From Hadesarchaea archaeon (lineage in GTDB: Archaea; Hadarchaeota; Hadarchaeia; Hadarchaeales; Hadarchaeaceae): DNA of 47,684 nucleotides. Location of the stretch: the NCBI GenBank assembly GCA_030601675.1, contig JAUWBN010000006.1, forward strand, positions 1 through 47,684, given 5' to 3'. Below are positions 9,310 to 19,176 of this stretch, piece by piece; the first letter of the stretch is position 1; each line of letters begins with the position of its first letter. A model generated the notes under the pieces. The model was not told where the DNA came from and did no database searches. It saw only the letters and a list, made by a program, of their open reading frames with translations. The position numbers were made by a program, and so were the translations under genes.

Positions 9310-10217
9310 CCGAGCAACCTAGCGCCTATTCGGTCCACGCTTGCGACGATGACAGCACCGGGCTCAAGAAACTCGAGAAATACTCGCCTCACTCGTTCAA
9401 GCTTTCCTTCCCTCACCAACGCAAATGTCGCTCTCCCCAGCATCACCTGGCTTGCTCCAATTGCACCCGCCTTCGAAACAGCTTCGGTCAACGCACGAAG
9501 CTCATCGTCTAAAAGCCCGAGGCCCTCCGCAAATTCACGCGATACTTGCATAAAATTTCGAGGGGTGGGTTTTTCTAACAATTTTTTCAGGGCCAAGCCA
9601 CCGAGTCGCTTCGAACGCTCGCGAAATCCCTCCTCGCGCAAAAGCTTCGCCGTCGGTAACCCGGCGAAGGTGCCGCAAACCACCTTTACACCTTTCGGGA
9701 GGTGAATTTGCTCCCACCTGCCGTGTGGGGGGGCACCTGGCTCCAGCCCGATCACCAGCCCGCCGAGCGCCTGCGCCCCCACGTCGCCGAGCCCCGTGCG
9801 ACAGGTCACTTCAGCGACGTGCGCAATCGCCGCAATCCTTTCGCGCGCTAAGCGCAAACCCAGAGCATGGGAGAGGGCTAAGGCGGCGCCGAATGCCCCC
9901 GCACCGCTCGCCCCATACCCAGCGCCTATCGGCACCTTGCAGGAGTGGGCTACCACGACTTCAAGCGGTTCATGTACTAGGCCCAAGAGATTCTCGACGG
10001 CTGTCAAAGTTGTCTTTGCCCCGGGTGCTCGCTCGTTATTTATGTGAACACTTATGCTGGTGCGTGCGGCTGGCTCAACTTTAACTTTCGTGAGCACGCC
10101 GGCATCGATGCAGGGGCCGCAGTTGCGCGAGCCCTTTCGTTCGAATTCGTGGAACTCGTCAAACACTTGAAAAAAACCCGAGATGTGGGCTGGGACGAAA
10201 GCCGATGCCTTCCGCAT
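9306..10217 (-). CDS. pok: Pantoate kinase (GHMP kinase family)
   Basis: AFVPAHISGFF, PIGAGYGASGAG, AHVAEV...TGLGDV and PGAP motifs; overlaps the coaBC stop. Confidence 0.9.
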   Translation of the reverse strand: MRKASAFVPAHISGFFQVFDEFHEFERKGSRNCGPCIDAGVLTKVKVEPAARTSISVHINNERAPGAKTTLTAVENLLGLVHEPLEVVVAHSCKVPIGAGYGASGAGAFGAALALSHALGLRLARERIAAIAHVAEVTCRTGLGDVGAQALGGLVIGLEPGAPPHGRWEQIHLPKGVKVVCGTFAGLPTAKLLREEGFRERSKRLGGLALKKLLEKPTPRNFMQVSREFAEGLGLLDDELRALTEAVSKAGAIGASQVMLGRATFALVREGKLERVRRVFLEFLEPGAVIVASVDRIGARLLG

Positions 10218-11434
10218 TAGCGACGCCCTCGAAGCCCCGCCATCACAGCATCTAGAATTGCCCTCGCGATCTCAACCTTCGTCGCGCGCATCGGTTTAGA
10301 GCCGGAGGGTGTCACGATCACGACTTCGTTGGTGTCGGTGCCAAATCCAGCTCCCGATCTAGCTACATCATTTGCCACGACCATATCGAGCCCCTCGGCC
10401 AGCTTGTCTTTCGCCGCTTCTAGGAGCTCCTCATCGCTCACGTCGTACTCCGCCTTGAACCCCACCACAAAAGCATCTGGCGCGAGTTTTCGGACCCCAT
10501 CGAGCACACGGGGCGCTGACACCAGCTTGAGCGTCACCGGCTCGGAATGCTTAAGCTTCCGCTTCGCTGGTCGCTCGACCGCAAAATCCTGTGCGGCCGC
10601 GGTCGAAACAATGATATCGTGTCGCGACCCAAGCTCGCGCCTGAATGCGTCATGCATCTCCGCCGTTGTTTGCACTCGGACGAGTTTGATGTTGGCTGGA
10701 GGGGTCTCGTTTCCAGGTCCATAAATCAACGTGACCTCGGCGCCGCGAGCGGCCGCGGCTCGGGCCACAGCGATGCCCATCTTGCCCGAACTTCGATTTG
10801 TGATCAGCTTGATCGGGTCGATGGGCTCGATCGTTGGACCAGCGGTGACAAGCGCGCGCATGCCCTGCATGTCACGAGGGCCTAGCAATCCGATGACAAA
10901 ACTTACGATCTCCTGAACCTCCGGCAGCTTGGCCCTACCCTCCTCGAGGCGGGGCTCCAAAACATGAACGTCGGCCGATCGCAGACGTGCGAGGTTCTCT
11001 TTAAGCAATTTGTGCTGGTACATCGACCCGTGCATCGCCGGTACCACGACAACCGGCTTACCCAAACCAAGCGCCACTGAAACGACCGAGGTAACTGGTG
11101 TATCGTCAATCGCGCATGCAACCTTGCTCAACGTGTTTGCGGTAGTTGGTGCGGTGAGTACCAAATCAGTCCACTGCGCGAGTTCGACGTGTTCCAGCTT
11201 ACCCGTCAGCTCGGCGATGACCTCATTGCCCGTCGCCCAGTGCATGAGCTGGGGCGTTATCAACTGGGTTGCGCGAGGCGTCATCACAACCCTCACGTCG
11301 GCCCCGCGGCGCATGAGTTCTCGAGCCAGCTCGGGGCACTTTACCGCTGCAACACTTCCCGTAATGCACAGCACGATTTTTCGTTCGGCTAACTCGGTGC
11401 CCTTTGTGCCGTGGATATCATGGGAGGGGTGCAT
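10217..11434 (-). CDS. coaBC: Bifunctional phosphopantothenoylcysteine decarboxylase/synthetase
   Basis: ITGSVAA, TANTLSK, PAMH, VTAGPT.EPIDP...ITNRSSGKMG, GFKAE and VANDV. Confidence 0.96.
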   Translation of the reverse strand: MHPSHDIHGTKGTELAERKIVLCITGSVAAVKCPELARELMRRGADVRVVMTPRATQLITPQLMHWATGNEVIAELTGKLEHVELAQWTDLVLTAPTTANTLSKVACAIDDTPVTSVVSVALGLGKPVVVVPAMHGSMYQHKLLKENLARLRSADVHVLEPRLEEGRAKLPEVQEIVSFVIGLLGPRDMQGMRALVTAGPTIEPIDPIKLITNRSSGKMGIAVARAAAARGAEVTLIYGPGNETPPANIKLVRVQTTAEMHDAFRRELGSRHDIIVSTAAAQDFAVERPAKRKLKHSEPVTLKLVSAPRVLDGVRKLAPDAFVVGFKAEYDVSDEELLEAAKDKLAEGLDMVVANDVARSGAGFGTDTNEVVIVTPSGSKPMRATKVEIARAILDAVMAGLRGRR

Positions 11435-11525
11435 TCGTTCACCTTAAAGTAAACAGCGTTCATCTGACTTTAAAAGTTGCCTTCAACGACGGCCCGAGCG
11501 TTAGGTTTCTGCTTGACGCACGATC

Positions 11526-12011
11526 TCAAAAACGAGGTCGCTTTAGCAGTTTTCCGTGTGCATCGATCTCGCCGTAGCGTACCCTTATCGACGAGATCGG
11601 CTTCCCGTCCTCGGATAGCACGAAGGGAATCTCGACGATCTCGAGCGGCTTCAGCCCCCTTGAGCTCCTGAGCTTGTTGAGCTCCTCGGCGCGCACTTTA
11701 GTTTCAGGGCTTGCGACTATCGCCTCAAGCTCTGCGTCTTCGAGCGACGGCCCGAATGCATCAGATATCTTTATTATTTCAGCGCGTGCAAGCCAACCTT
11801 TTTCACGGAGTAGCTCTTTCAATGCACGCATGCGAAACTCGAGCAGTTGGATGCCGGCCGAGTCCTTCTGAAGCAGGAGCTGCATCTCGTCCGAGCAGAT
11901 GCCCACGAGCACGCGCTCCCCCAGCTCGAACGCCTTGGCCAAGATCGCCGCGTGCCCATCGTGCAGGTAATCGAATGTCCCCCCGACCACGACTTTCTTG
12001 AACTTCACCAT
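11526..12011 (-). CDS. coaD: Phosphopantetheine adenylyltransferase (archaeal/eukaryal type)
   Basis: GGTFDYLHDGH, SPET and DGKPISSIRVRYGEID; next to coaBC. Confidence 0.92.
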   Translation of the reverse strand: MVKFKKVVVGGTFDYLHDGHAAILAKAFELGERVLVGICSDEMQLLLQKDSAGIQLLEFRMRALKELLREKGWLARAEIIKISDAFGPSLEDAELEAIVASPETKVRAEELNKLRSSRGLKPLEIVEIPFVLSEDGKPISSIRVRYGEIDAHGKLLKRPRF

Positions 12012-12021
12012 AGCACCAAAA

Positions 12022-13362
12022 TCACGCCTTCTCGAGGGCCCGCACGATGTCGCTCCAGCGCTTGGGAAGTGGTCGATGGGTAAATGGTCTCGCGCCAGGC
12101 CCCAAGTAAGTGGCGACCACGTGCCCCCCGCCCAAGAGATAAAACTTAGAGGTCGTCAGCCCCTCGAGCCCGACTGGTCCCCGTGCGTGAACTTTGCCGG
12201 TGCTTATCCCCACCTCTGCCCCCAGGCCGTAGCGGTAGCCATCGCTGAACCGCGTCGAAGCATTGAGCATAACACTCGAGGAATCAACCCCCCTCAGGAA
12301 TCTGAGCGCAGCTTTTTCATCTCGGGTGATTATCGCGTCGGTGTGCTTCGACCCGTAAGTGTTGATGTGCTCGATCGCCTCCTCGATGCCGTCCACAATT
12401 TTGATCGAGATTATCAGGTCTAGATATTCCGTCCGCCAGTCCCGCTCCGTCGCTCGCTTGATGCCCCGCAGGATCCTTCGCGTTCGCTCACAACCACGGA
12501 TTTCAACCCCGGCCTCACGATACCTCTCCGCAATCCCGGGCAAAAAGCGGGACGCGATGGCGCGGTGCACGAGCAAGGTCTCGACCGCATTGCAGACGGC
12601 GGGATACTGAACCTTTGCGTCATAACACACCTCCAGCGCTTGCTCGAGATCGGCGTGCTCGTCGACGTAAACGTGGCATACCCCCTCGGCGTGACCGAGC
12701 ACGGGAATGCGCGTGTTTTCCTGGATGTACCTCACGAATTGTTTGCTCCCGCGGGGCAGCAGCAGGTCAAGATACTCGTCCAGCCCGAGCAGCTCCCGCA
12801 CCTCCCGCCTCGCCTCGATGAGCTGAATCCACCCGCGCGGGACCCCTGCCCGCTCGCTGACGTCGCGGACGAGCTTGAAGAACGCCCCGTTCGAATACTT
12901 CGCCTCCCTTCCCCCTTTCAGAACTACGGCGTTTCCAGACTTGAGGCAGAGTGCCGATATCTGGGGCAGCACATCGGGCCTCGCCTCGAATATCGCTCCG
13001 ACCACGCCAATCGGGCACGACACCTTGTAGAGCTCTAGGCCGTGGTCGAGCTCCGTCGCGTATAGCGTCCTCCCGACTGGGTTCTCGAGCCTCGCGACGC
13101 TTCTCACCATCTCGACCACGTTGCGCAGCTTGTGATCGCTGAGCTTTAACCTCTGAACGAACGCCTTGGAGAGTTTCCTGGCCTTCAAAAGACGTTCGGC
13201 GGCTTGAACGTCCTTCGCGTTTGCCTCCAGTAATGCTCCCTTATTTTTCGAGATGGCCGACGCGATTTTCAGGAGCGCTGCATTTTTTGCTTTGGTTGTG
13301 ATGTTAGCTAGCCTGAACGATGCCCCGCGAGCGGCCATCGCTTTTGAGGCAACCCCGCTCAT
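12022..13362 (-). CDS. proA: Gamma-glutamyl phosphate reductase
   Basis: PIGVVGAIFEARP, LKSGNAVVLKGG.EA, catalytic CNAVETLL, NASTRFSDG and EVGISTGKVHARGPVGL. Confidence 0.97.
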   Translation of the reverse strand: MSGVASKAMAARGASFRLANITTKAKNAALLKIASAISKNKGALLEANAKDVQAAERLLKARKLSKAFVQRLKLSDHKLRNVVEMVRSVARLENPVGRTLYATELDHGLELYKVSCPIGVVGAIFEARPDVLPQISALCLKSGNAVVLKGGREAKYSNGAFFKLVRDVSERAGVPRGWIQLIEARREVRELLGLDEYLDLLLPRGSKQFVRYIQENTRIPVLGHAEGVCHVYVDEHADLEQALEVCYDAKVQYPAVCNAVETLLVHRAIASRFLPGIAERYREAGVEIRGCERTRRILRGIKRATERDWRTEYLDLIISIKIVDGIEEAIEHINTYGSKHTDAIITRDEKAALRFLRGVDSSSVMLNASTRFSDGYRYGLGAEVGISTGKVHARGPVGLEGLTTSKFYLLGGGHVVATYLGPGARPFTHRPLPKRWSDIVRALEKA

Positions 13363-14153
13363 TTTTCCCTCTCCGGGAGGAAAATTGTCCCTATCCCCTC
13401 ACCAGCGGTCACGCGTTCGAGCACGCGCTTCTTCCCTCCGTTGGCTATCACCACTGGTATCCCGGCCTTCGCCGCCATCTTAGCAGCTCTGACCTTGGTG
13501 AGCATGCCGCCGAAGCCGCGAAAGGCCCTACCGGCGAGCCGTTCGACCTCTCGCGTCACTCGCTCAACGGTTCGGATGAGATTCCTTCGCTCCCCCTTGC
13601 CCGCGTAGAGCCCCTCCACGTCCGATAGAATTATGAGGAGGTCGGCGCCGGATCCCATCGCCACGTGTGCCGAGAGGGTATCATTATCGCCGAGTCTTAT
13701 CTCCTCGACCTCCACGCTGTCGTTCTCGTTCACGATCGGGATCACCCCCCACCTGAGCAGGGTCGCGAGGGCGTTCTTGAAATTTCGATACCGCCTGGGA
13801 TCCGTGAAGTCCTCCCCCGTCAGCAGCATCTGTGCCACGTGTTGCTCGTAGTCCCTAAAGCACTTCGAGTAGACCTGCATCAGAATCCCCTGCCCGACAG
13901 CCGCGGCCGCCTGCAGCGAGGGCATATCCTTCGGCCGACGTTTGAGGTTAAGGCGCCCCACGCCGGCCCCTATCGCGCCCGACGAGACGATGATGATTTC
14001 CTTCCCGCGAGCGCGCAGTTTCATCATCTCCTCGACCAGCTTCCCGACCTTGGCCGGGTCGAGCCTAGAGCGTTTGTCGGTGAGGCTGCTCGTGCCGACT
14101 TTCACCACGATTCGCCTTGCCTTGGGGAGGCTTTTTCTTTCTTTTACAACCAT
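13359..14153 (-). CDS. proB: Glutamate 5-kinase lacking the PUA domain
   Basis: VVKVGTSSL, VSSGAI, AAVGQ, PIVNEND, GDND.LSA and GGMLTK. Start reassigned to the ATG at 14153 after an AGGAGGT RBS. Confidence 0.96.
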   Translation of the reverse strand: MVVKERKSLPKARRIVVKVGTSSLTDKRSRLDPAKVGKLVEEMMKLRARGKEIIIVSSGAIGAGVGRLNLKRRPKDMPSLQAAAAVGQGILMQVYSKCFRDYEQHVAQMLLTGEDFTDPRRYRNFKNALATLLRWGVIPIVNENDSVEVEEIRLGDNDTLSAHVAMGSGADLLIILSDVEGLYAGKGERRNLIRTVERVTREVERLAGRAFRGFGGMLTKVRAAKMAAKAGIPVVIANGGKKRVLERVTAGEGIGTIFLPEREK

Positions 14154-14256
14154 CGTCGACCTCCTAAAGCGGTTCCAATTTCTTGAGTTGCATGAACAAC
14201 GGCTAGTTTCAATTCCATCCCTCAATAAAGTTTAGGTCAAAGCATAAAAACTTCGG

Positions 14257-14787
14257 CTATCGTCTCGCGATACAGAAGACGTCTTCCCTGCCAACCTCAC
14301 CTGAACTGAGCGGCTTGAAACCAGCTGCACAAATCCAGCGCTCAAGCTCGCCCAGCGAGTGTTTGCGCTTGAGGGTAATCATGATCACGATCCCCTCGGG
14401 CTTTGCGACCCGTGCGACCTCCCGCACCGTGGCCGCTGGATCCGGCATGTTCTGAAGCAGGGTTACCGAGATTACCGCATCAAAGCTGCGATCGGCGAAT
14501 GGCAGGTAATCGGCATCCGCGAGCACGAGCGCCGCGCTACCCCTCCGTTCCATCGCTAGCTCCAACATCTCCGGCGATGTATCTATGCCGACCACGAACT
14601 CGCTTCGCCGCGTGAGTTCGCTTAAGAGCATGCCCGTGCCGCAGCCCAAGTCAAGAACTTTACTAACCCCGGGGAGATTTCCGGTAACGATCTCGTACTT
14701 CTCGCGCTGGATTTGCTCGTAACGTCGTTCATACACGGGCGCGGTTTCGCTGTAGCGCCGCTTAAGCTCGAGCTTTCTCGCGACCAT
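14257..14787 (-). CDS. Class I SAM-dependent methyltransferase
   Basis: VLDLGCGTG, GIDTSPEML and ADADYLPF...SFDAV. Confidence 0.9.
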   Translation of the reverse strand: MVARKLELKRRYSETAPVYERRYEQIQREKYEIVTGNLPGVSKVLDLGCGTGMLLSELTRRSEFVVGIDTSPEMLELAMERRGSAALVLADADYLPFADRSFDAVISVTLLQNMPDPAATVREVARVAKPEGIVIMITLKRKHSLGELERWICAAGFKPLSSGEVGREDVFCIARR

Positions 14788-14834
14788 CGGAGAACATTTT
14801 TACCTAGCGCCCTAAAGCTTGAGCGGGTTGGTGT

Positions 14835-15902
14835 TTGAGAAAGCACGTTAGGAAATTGAAGGATGAACTCGTTAAACGTGGGTTGGACGCATTTTTGGCC
14901 ATTCAGAACACCCGCTACTTGGCGGGCACGACGGCTGCAAAGGCGGTGATCGTCCCCACCGATGGGCCCCCAGTGCTCATCTGCAGCAGGCTCGAGTTTG
15001 ACCAAGCCAAGAGGGAAGGTTGGATTCGCGATGTTCGGGCCTTTTCGAGGTGGAGGGCTCCCCTGCGCCCCGGGGAGCGGGTAAGCTTTTGCGAGCCCTT
15101 GCAACTCATTGCCGATTGCCTACGAGAGCTGGGTACCCGAGCCGTTGGCTACGATCGAGGAGGGAAGAAATTCGTGCGGAAGTTGCGGGCTGCCCACGCG
15201 GCGAGCTACCGCGAGCTACCAGAACTCATGCTCGAGCTCCGGAAGATAAAGTCGAAGGAAGAAGTGACCTTGTTGCAAAGGGCTGCAAAGATAGCTATGA
15301 ATGGCATGCGTTGCGCCGCGGAGTCGGTCACGGTCGGTCGGACCGAGCTGGAGGTTGCCGCGGAAGCCGAGCGCGAGATGCGAATAGCTGGCTCCGAAGG
15401 CACGCCATTCCCCACGATTGTCGCGTCCGGCAGAAATTCTTGGTTACCCCATGCTAGCGCGACGAGAAAACATCTACGACGGGGAGAACTCGTTGTCATC
15501 GATTTCGGCGCCACTTGGGGGGGCTACGCCTCGGATATGACACGAACGTTTGCACTCTCGCCGACGAAAAAACAGCTCACATTGATCGGGTTGGTTAAGC
15601 GCGCTCAAAAAGCGGCTATCGGTCGTGTTCGCAACGGTGCTAAAGCGAGTAACGTGGATAAAGCCGCCCGCATAATCATCTCACGTGTCGGCTATGCCAA
15701 GTTTTCCCCGCATGGCACAGGGCACGGCGTCGGCATGGAGGTCCACGAGCCTCCGGGCCTTGCCCCAGACTCGAAAGACATCTTGCGCGAGAGGATGGTC
15801 ATCACAGTGGAGCCAGGCATATATGTGCCACGGGTGGGAGGTGCTCGCTGGGAAGACATGGTGTTGGTAACAAAGAAGGGGTGCAAGTCGCTCACGGCAT
15901 GA
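14835..15902 (+). CDS. Xaa-Pro dipeptidase/aminopeptidase (M24B)
   Basis: LR.IKS.EE, PHA, IDFGA..GGYASDMTRT, HGTGHGVGMEVHE, TVEPGIY and R.ED. Confidence 0.93.
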   Translation: MRKHVRKLKDELVKRGLDAFLAIQNTRYLAGTTAAKAVIVPTDGPPVLICSRLEFDQAKREGWIRDVRAFSRWRAPLRPGERVSFCEPLQLIADCLRELGTRAVGYDRGGKKFVRKLRAAHAASYRELPELMLELRKIKSKEEVTLLQRAAKIAMNGMRCAAESVTVGRTELEVAAEAEREMRIAGSEGTPFPTIVASGRNSWLPHASATRKHLRRGELVVIDFGATWGGYASDMTRTFALSPTKKQLTLIGLVKRAQKAAIGRVRNGAKASNVDKAARIIISRVGYAKFSPHGTGHGVGMEVHEPPGLAPDSKDILRERMVITVEPGIYVPRVGGARWEDMVLVTKKGCKSLTA

Positions 15903-15923
15903 ACTTAAATGCCATGCTTGCTT

Positions 15924-18900
15924 TCAAATTTGGATTTTCTCGTATTTGTAAATAACGTGACCCGTTGGTGGGCAATTTGAAAGAGAGAGATTTATGCTAA
16001 CCGAAGCTGCGCCCTCACCAAAGGCGAACGTATAACCGCCCGGTGCTCCATCCACATAATTTACAACATTTTCGTCTAATGGACCGCTGTCATTTCTAGC
16101 GTCAACCAAGCTCCCGAACTGCCCACACCTTAGCAGCGATGGGGGCCCGCTCAGGTAATCAAATCTAAACCAAGAGGGGCTCAGCACTCCCTCTCCTATT
16201 TCCGTTTCCTCCGATTTCAGAATCCAACTTTCGCTGTCACCCTCAACGAACTCAAAACCGGGGGGTGCTTCACCTGGTCCCGGTCCAGGCCCAAGTTCAG
16301 GTGATTTGGCGCTGAGGATATTTGGGGGCTCGCAATAGTACATCCGGTAGGTACCATCCGGGAGTTCAACCACATCAGGATCGTAAATTCCACCTGCCAA
16401 CCTCGCTCCCTCCTCCTTCGTCCAAGTCAGACCGTCGGACGAAATAGCGCTGTAAATACCTCCCTCCTCCTCTCGACCGGGCGGAGCTACAGTATAAAAC
16501 ATTCGATAGGTCCCGTCTGAGAGCACAATCACGTCGGGGTCCATGCGCTGCGCTGGTATCCCGCTGATTGTTTCTCTTTCCCAAGTCCACCCGTTGTCTG
16601 ATGAAATTGCGCATCGAACGGTGTTCTGGTTCTCCTCAGGGCCCTTGTTGAACATGTCCCCGACGTAGTACATTCTGTATCTGCCATCTGGAAGCTCGAT
16701 GATTTCTGGGACGGAGATCGCCCCGTAGTCTGGCGCTCCTTCGCTTTCAAGTCTTATGCCTGATTCCTTCTCCCATATGAGTCCGTCTGTTGAAATCGCA
16801 CTGACAAACCATAAGTGCGCGTTAGGAGGTTGTCCTTCCTGTAAATCGTAAATCATCCTATAGCTGCCATTATCAAGTTGTATTATTGCTGGACAGAAGC
16901 CATTTTCAATCATTACCCCACTCTCTTTCGTCCACGCCAATCCATCCGATGAAATGGCGCTAAAAATGCTCAGGTGGTCGGGGTCGGGCCCCGAATTGTA
17001 ATACATCCGGTAAGTGTTATCTGGGAGCACGATGGTGCACATAGGCACTCCATTAGACACTCTTACGCCGCTTTCTTTCACCCAATCTCCACCAAGTCCC
17101 GGCCCCATCGGCATTTCAATCCCCTTAACGACCGATGCGACGGCAAGCGCTAGTACAACAACCCCTCCAACGATGATGCCCTTCCTCAGCTTCTCGAGCT
17201 TCTCGCCGGATGTTATTCTTCGAATCGCTTCCCACGCCAAGCACGGCAGAAACACCCACAGCAGGACGGTGAGGGGGATCCCAACTATAAACTTCGCGGC
17301 ACCCGGAATCACGTACACCGGCGCGAGCAAGATTTTGAGCGTGAGCGGCTCCTCCTCTTGGGCTTGTTGCTGGCCCCCCTGTTGGCCCCCTGGAAGCTGC
17401 TGATTACCAGGAAGTGGCTGCTCTGCAGCTAAAGCGAAATCGCCTTCTTTGGGGCCGGAGGGAAGATGGTTTCCAAGCAGGCTAAACTTCTCGCTCAATG
17501 CATATGCTCGCAGGCTCGGACGGCTGAAGATGAGCTTAAACAGCTGCTCGTTTTCCAAAATTTGTGTGCGCTCGTGCTCCTCCGTGCTTGCAAGTGCGTA
17601 AATATTCTCCCCCACCTGTTGTTGCCCCATGTACCATTCGGCGGCTAGCTCTGAGGCGTTAATTTGCCCCCCGGATGGCCCTCCTAACATGCTAAGGTGC
17701 GTTATCACCTCTCCTCCCTGAATGGTCCCCTTCAGCCCGACAGCATCCGGCCAGTAAATAAATCGCTCACCGCTTCCGAAAACGTAAACATCGCCGAACT
17801 GTTGGTGAAATTCCTGCAGGGCGTTGTATTCCTCCATTGTTATCGTCGGTTGAAGTTGACGAATTTCACCTTCTTCCCAAACGAAAGTGTGGCAGGCGCG
17901 TACTTGCTGAACCACGACGAACAAGAGCAAGCACAGGAAAACGGCACACCCAGCCATCGTGACAACCCTATGAGATCTCAAGCGGCCTTTGCCTAGTAAC
18001 GCTTGGAGGTTTTTCCCCGCCCTCCAAAGCAGCGCTCCAACCCCCTCAACGAGACCGACCGCCGCTAGCAGCACCATTGGTGTAGCTAGCATTATGACGA
18101 ACCTCCAATTATCGTATGCGACCCAAGTCTGTGCCATTATCAGGGCGCTCATACCCCACGCCAGCAGGAAGAAATCGGCCGGCTTTCTGCGATATGCTGC
18201 AATCCCCGCGCCGATGGCTGCGAGTACCAGCAATAACTGCCCGATATAATCGTTGTAGAGCACATGTAGCACCCCCTCCGGCCCCTGACCTCCTGGTGGC
18301 TGCTGTAGCTCTCCCTGGGCCACTAGGGTTGCTGCCTGCCCCTCGCCCGCCATGCCTCCTATCGTCCCCAGCTTCCCGATGTAAAAGTACCCGCAGATGA
18401 GGGCGACGGGTATCGCGATGATAATTGCAGCTTTGAGCTCACGCCAGGGTATGCGCCTGCGGTAGGCGAGCAAGAACGCGAGGTAACAGATGTACGCAAT
18501 GACCAAGGTGCCGAATGCCAATTCGTGTGTTAGCCCGACCACACCGAGCGCGATTCCGGCGACGACAAAATCTAGCTTCCTCTTACTCTCCAGCCCACGC
18601 CATAGGAAGAGCACGGGCAGAGGGGCCAGGGCCACGCCAAACGCATTCTTTTGGAGTTCGCCCATCATTCGGAAGCTGCCGGGGACGAAAGCGGAGAGAA
18701 AAGCTGCCGCTAAGGCCGTCGCGTCGTTCTTCGTCAGCCTCCTTACCATCAGAAAAGTCGTCAGGGCAACTAGCCCCGAAGCTAGCGCGGTGGCGATATT
18801 GAAAGATGTCATCAGCGAGACGCCGAACGCTGAGAGTATTGTACAGACCCCGGCGGCGAAGTGGAAGAAAACTGGAGGGGATGAAAGAAATGGGTTCGAG

Positions 18901-19112
18901 GGGTAGTGGTCGAGCAGGTAGCCCACGTGGAAGAGGTGATAGGGCCCGTCCCTGCCCAAGGGGAGCCCGTGCCCGAGGGTCACCGAGAGCCGCAGGTAGA
19001 GCGCGCCAGCGAATATCACCAACAAAACAATCAAGATAAGCGCCTGCTTCCTGCTCATCCGGAGAGGCGCGGTCACCAAACGTTTGAGCGCACCTATGCT
19101 AGGTTTCACCAC
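15924..19112 (-). CDS. Large membrane protein: GT-C-like polytopic domain fused to a five-bladed beta-propeller (glycoside-hydrolase-like)
   Basis: 1062 aa. First extracellular loop carries GRDGPYH, followed by many TM helices, Gln/Gly/Pro linkers and two further TMs. Then come five repeats of (S.DG..)W.KE.G...P.(V/I)I.L.DG.YRM.Y. Confidence 0.65.
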   Translation of the reverse strand: MVKPSIGALKRLVTAPLRMSRKQALILIVLLVIFAGALYLRLSVTLGHGLPLGRDGPYHLFHVGYLLDHYPSNPFLSSPPVFFHFAAGVCTILSAFGVSLMTSFNIATALASGLVALTTFLMVRRLTKNDATALAAAFLSAFVPGSFRMMGELQKNAFGVALAPLPVLFLWRGLESKRKLDFVVAGIALGVVGLTHELAFGTLVIAYICYLAFLLAYRRRIPWRELKAAIIIAIPVALICGYFYIGKLGTIGGMAGEGQAATLVAQGELQQPPGGQGPEGVLHVLYNDYIGQLLLVLAAIGAGIAAYRRKPADFFLLAWGMSALIMAQTWVAYDNWRFVIMLATPMVLLAAVGLVEGVGALLWRAGKNLQALLGKGRLRSHRVVTMAGCAVFLCLLLFVVVQQVRACHTFVWEEGEIRQLQPTITMEEYNALQEFHQQFGDVYVFGSGERFIYWPDAVGLKGTIQGGEVITHLSMLGGPSGGQINASELAAEWYMGQQQVGENIYALASTEEHERTQILENEQLFKLIFSRPSLRAYALSEKFSLLGNHLPSGPKEGDFALAAEQPLPGNQQLPGGQQGGQQQAQEEEPLTLKILLAPVYVIPGAAKFIVGIPLTVLLWVFLPCLAWEAIRRITSGEKLEKLRKGIIVGGVVVLALAVASVVKGIEMPMGPGLGGDWVKESGVRVSNGVPMCTIVLPDNTYRMYYNSGPDPDHLSIFSAISSDGLAWTKESGVMIENGFCPAIIQLDNGSYRMIYDLQEGQPPNAHLWFVSAISTDGLIWEKESGIRLESEGAPDYGAISVPEIIELPDGRYRMYYVGDMFNKGPEENQNTVRCAISSDNGWTWERETISGIPAQRMDPDVIVLSDGTYRMFYTVAPPGREEEGGIYSAISSDGLTWTKEEGARLAGGIYDPDVVELPDGTYRMYYCEPPNILSAKSPELGPGPGPGEAPPGFEFVEGDSESWILKSEETEIGEGVLSPSWFRFDYLSGPPSLLRCGQFGSLVDARNDSGPLDENVVNYVDGAPGGYTFAFGEGAASVSINLSLSNCPPTGHVIYKYEKIQI
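16330..17087 (-). repeat. Five propeller-blade repeats with Asp-box-like motifs inside the 1062-aa protein
   Basis: YRMYY, YRMIY, YRMYY, YRMFY and YRMYY alternate with ISSDGLAW, ISTDGLIW, ISSDNGWTW and ISSDGLTW. Boundaries approximate. Confidence 0.8.
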
Positions 19113-19176
19113 GCGATTACCCCAGAGACTATACCTATTAGCTTAAAATTATGTAAACGCTTAAGTCCGTACCGAA

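Noticed and set aside
14172-14231. GTTTCAATTCC-like sequences resembling CRISPR repeat ends
   Set aside because: Only two short, non-identical copies 34 nt apart, with no spacer-sized periodicity and no cas genes.
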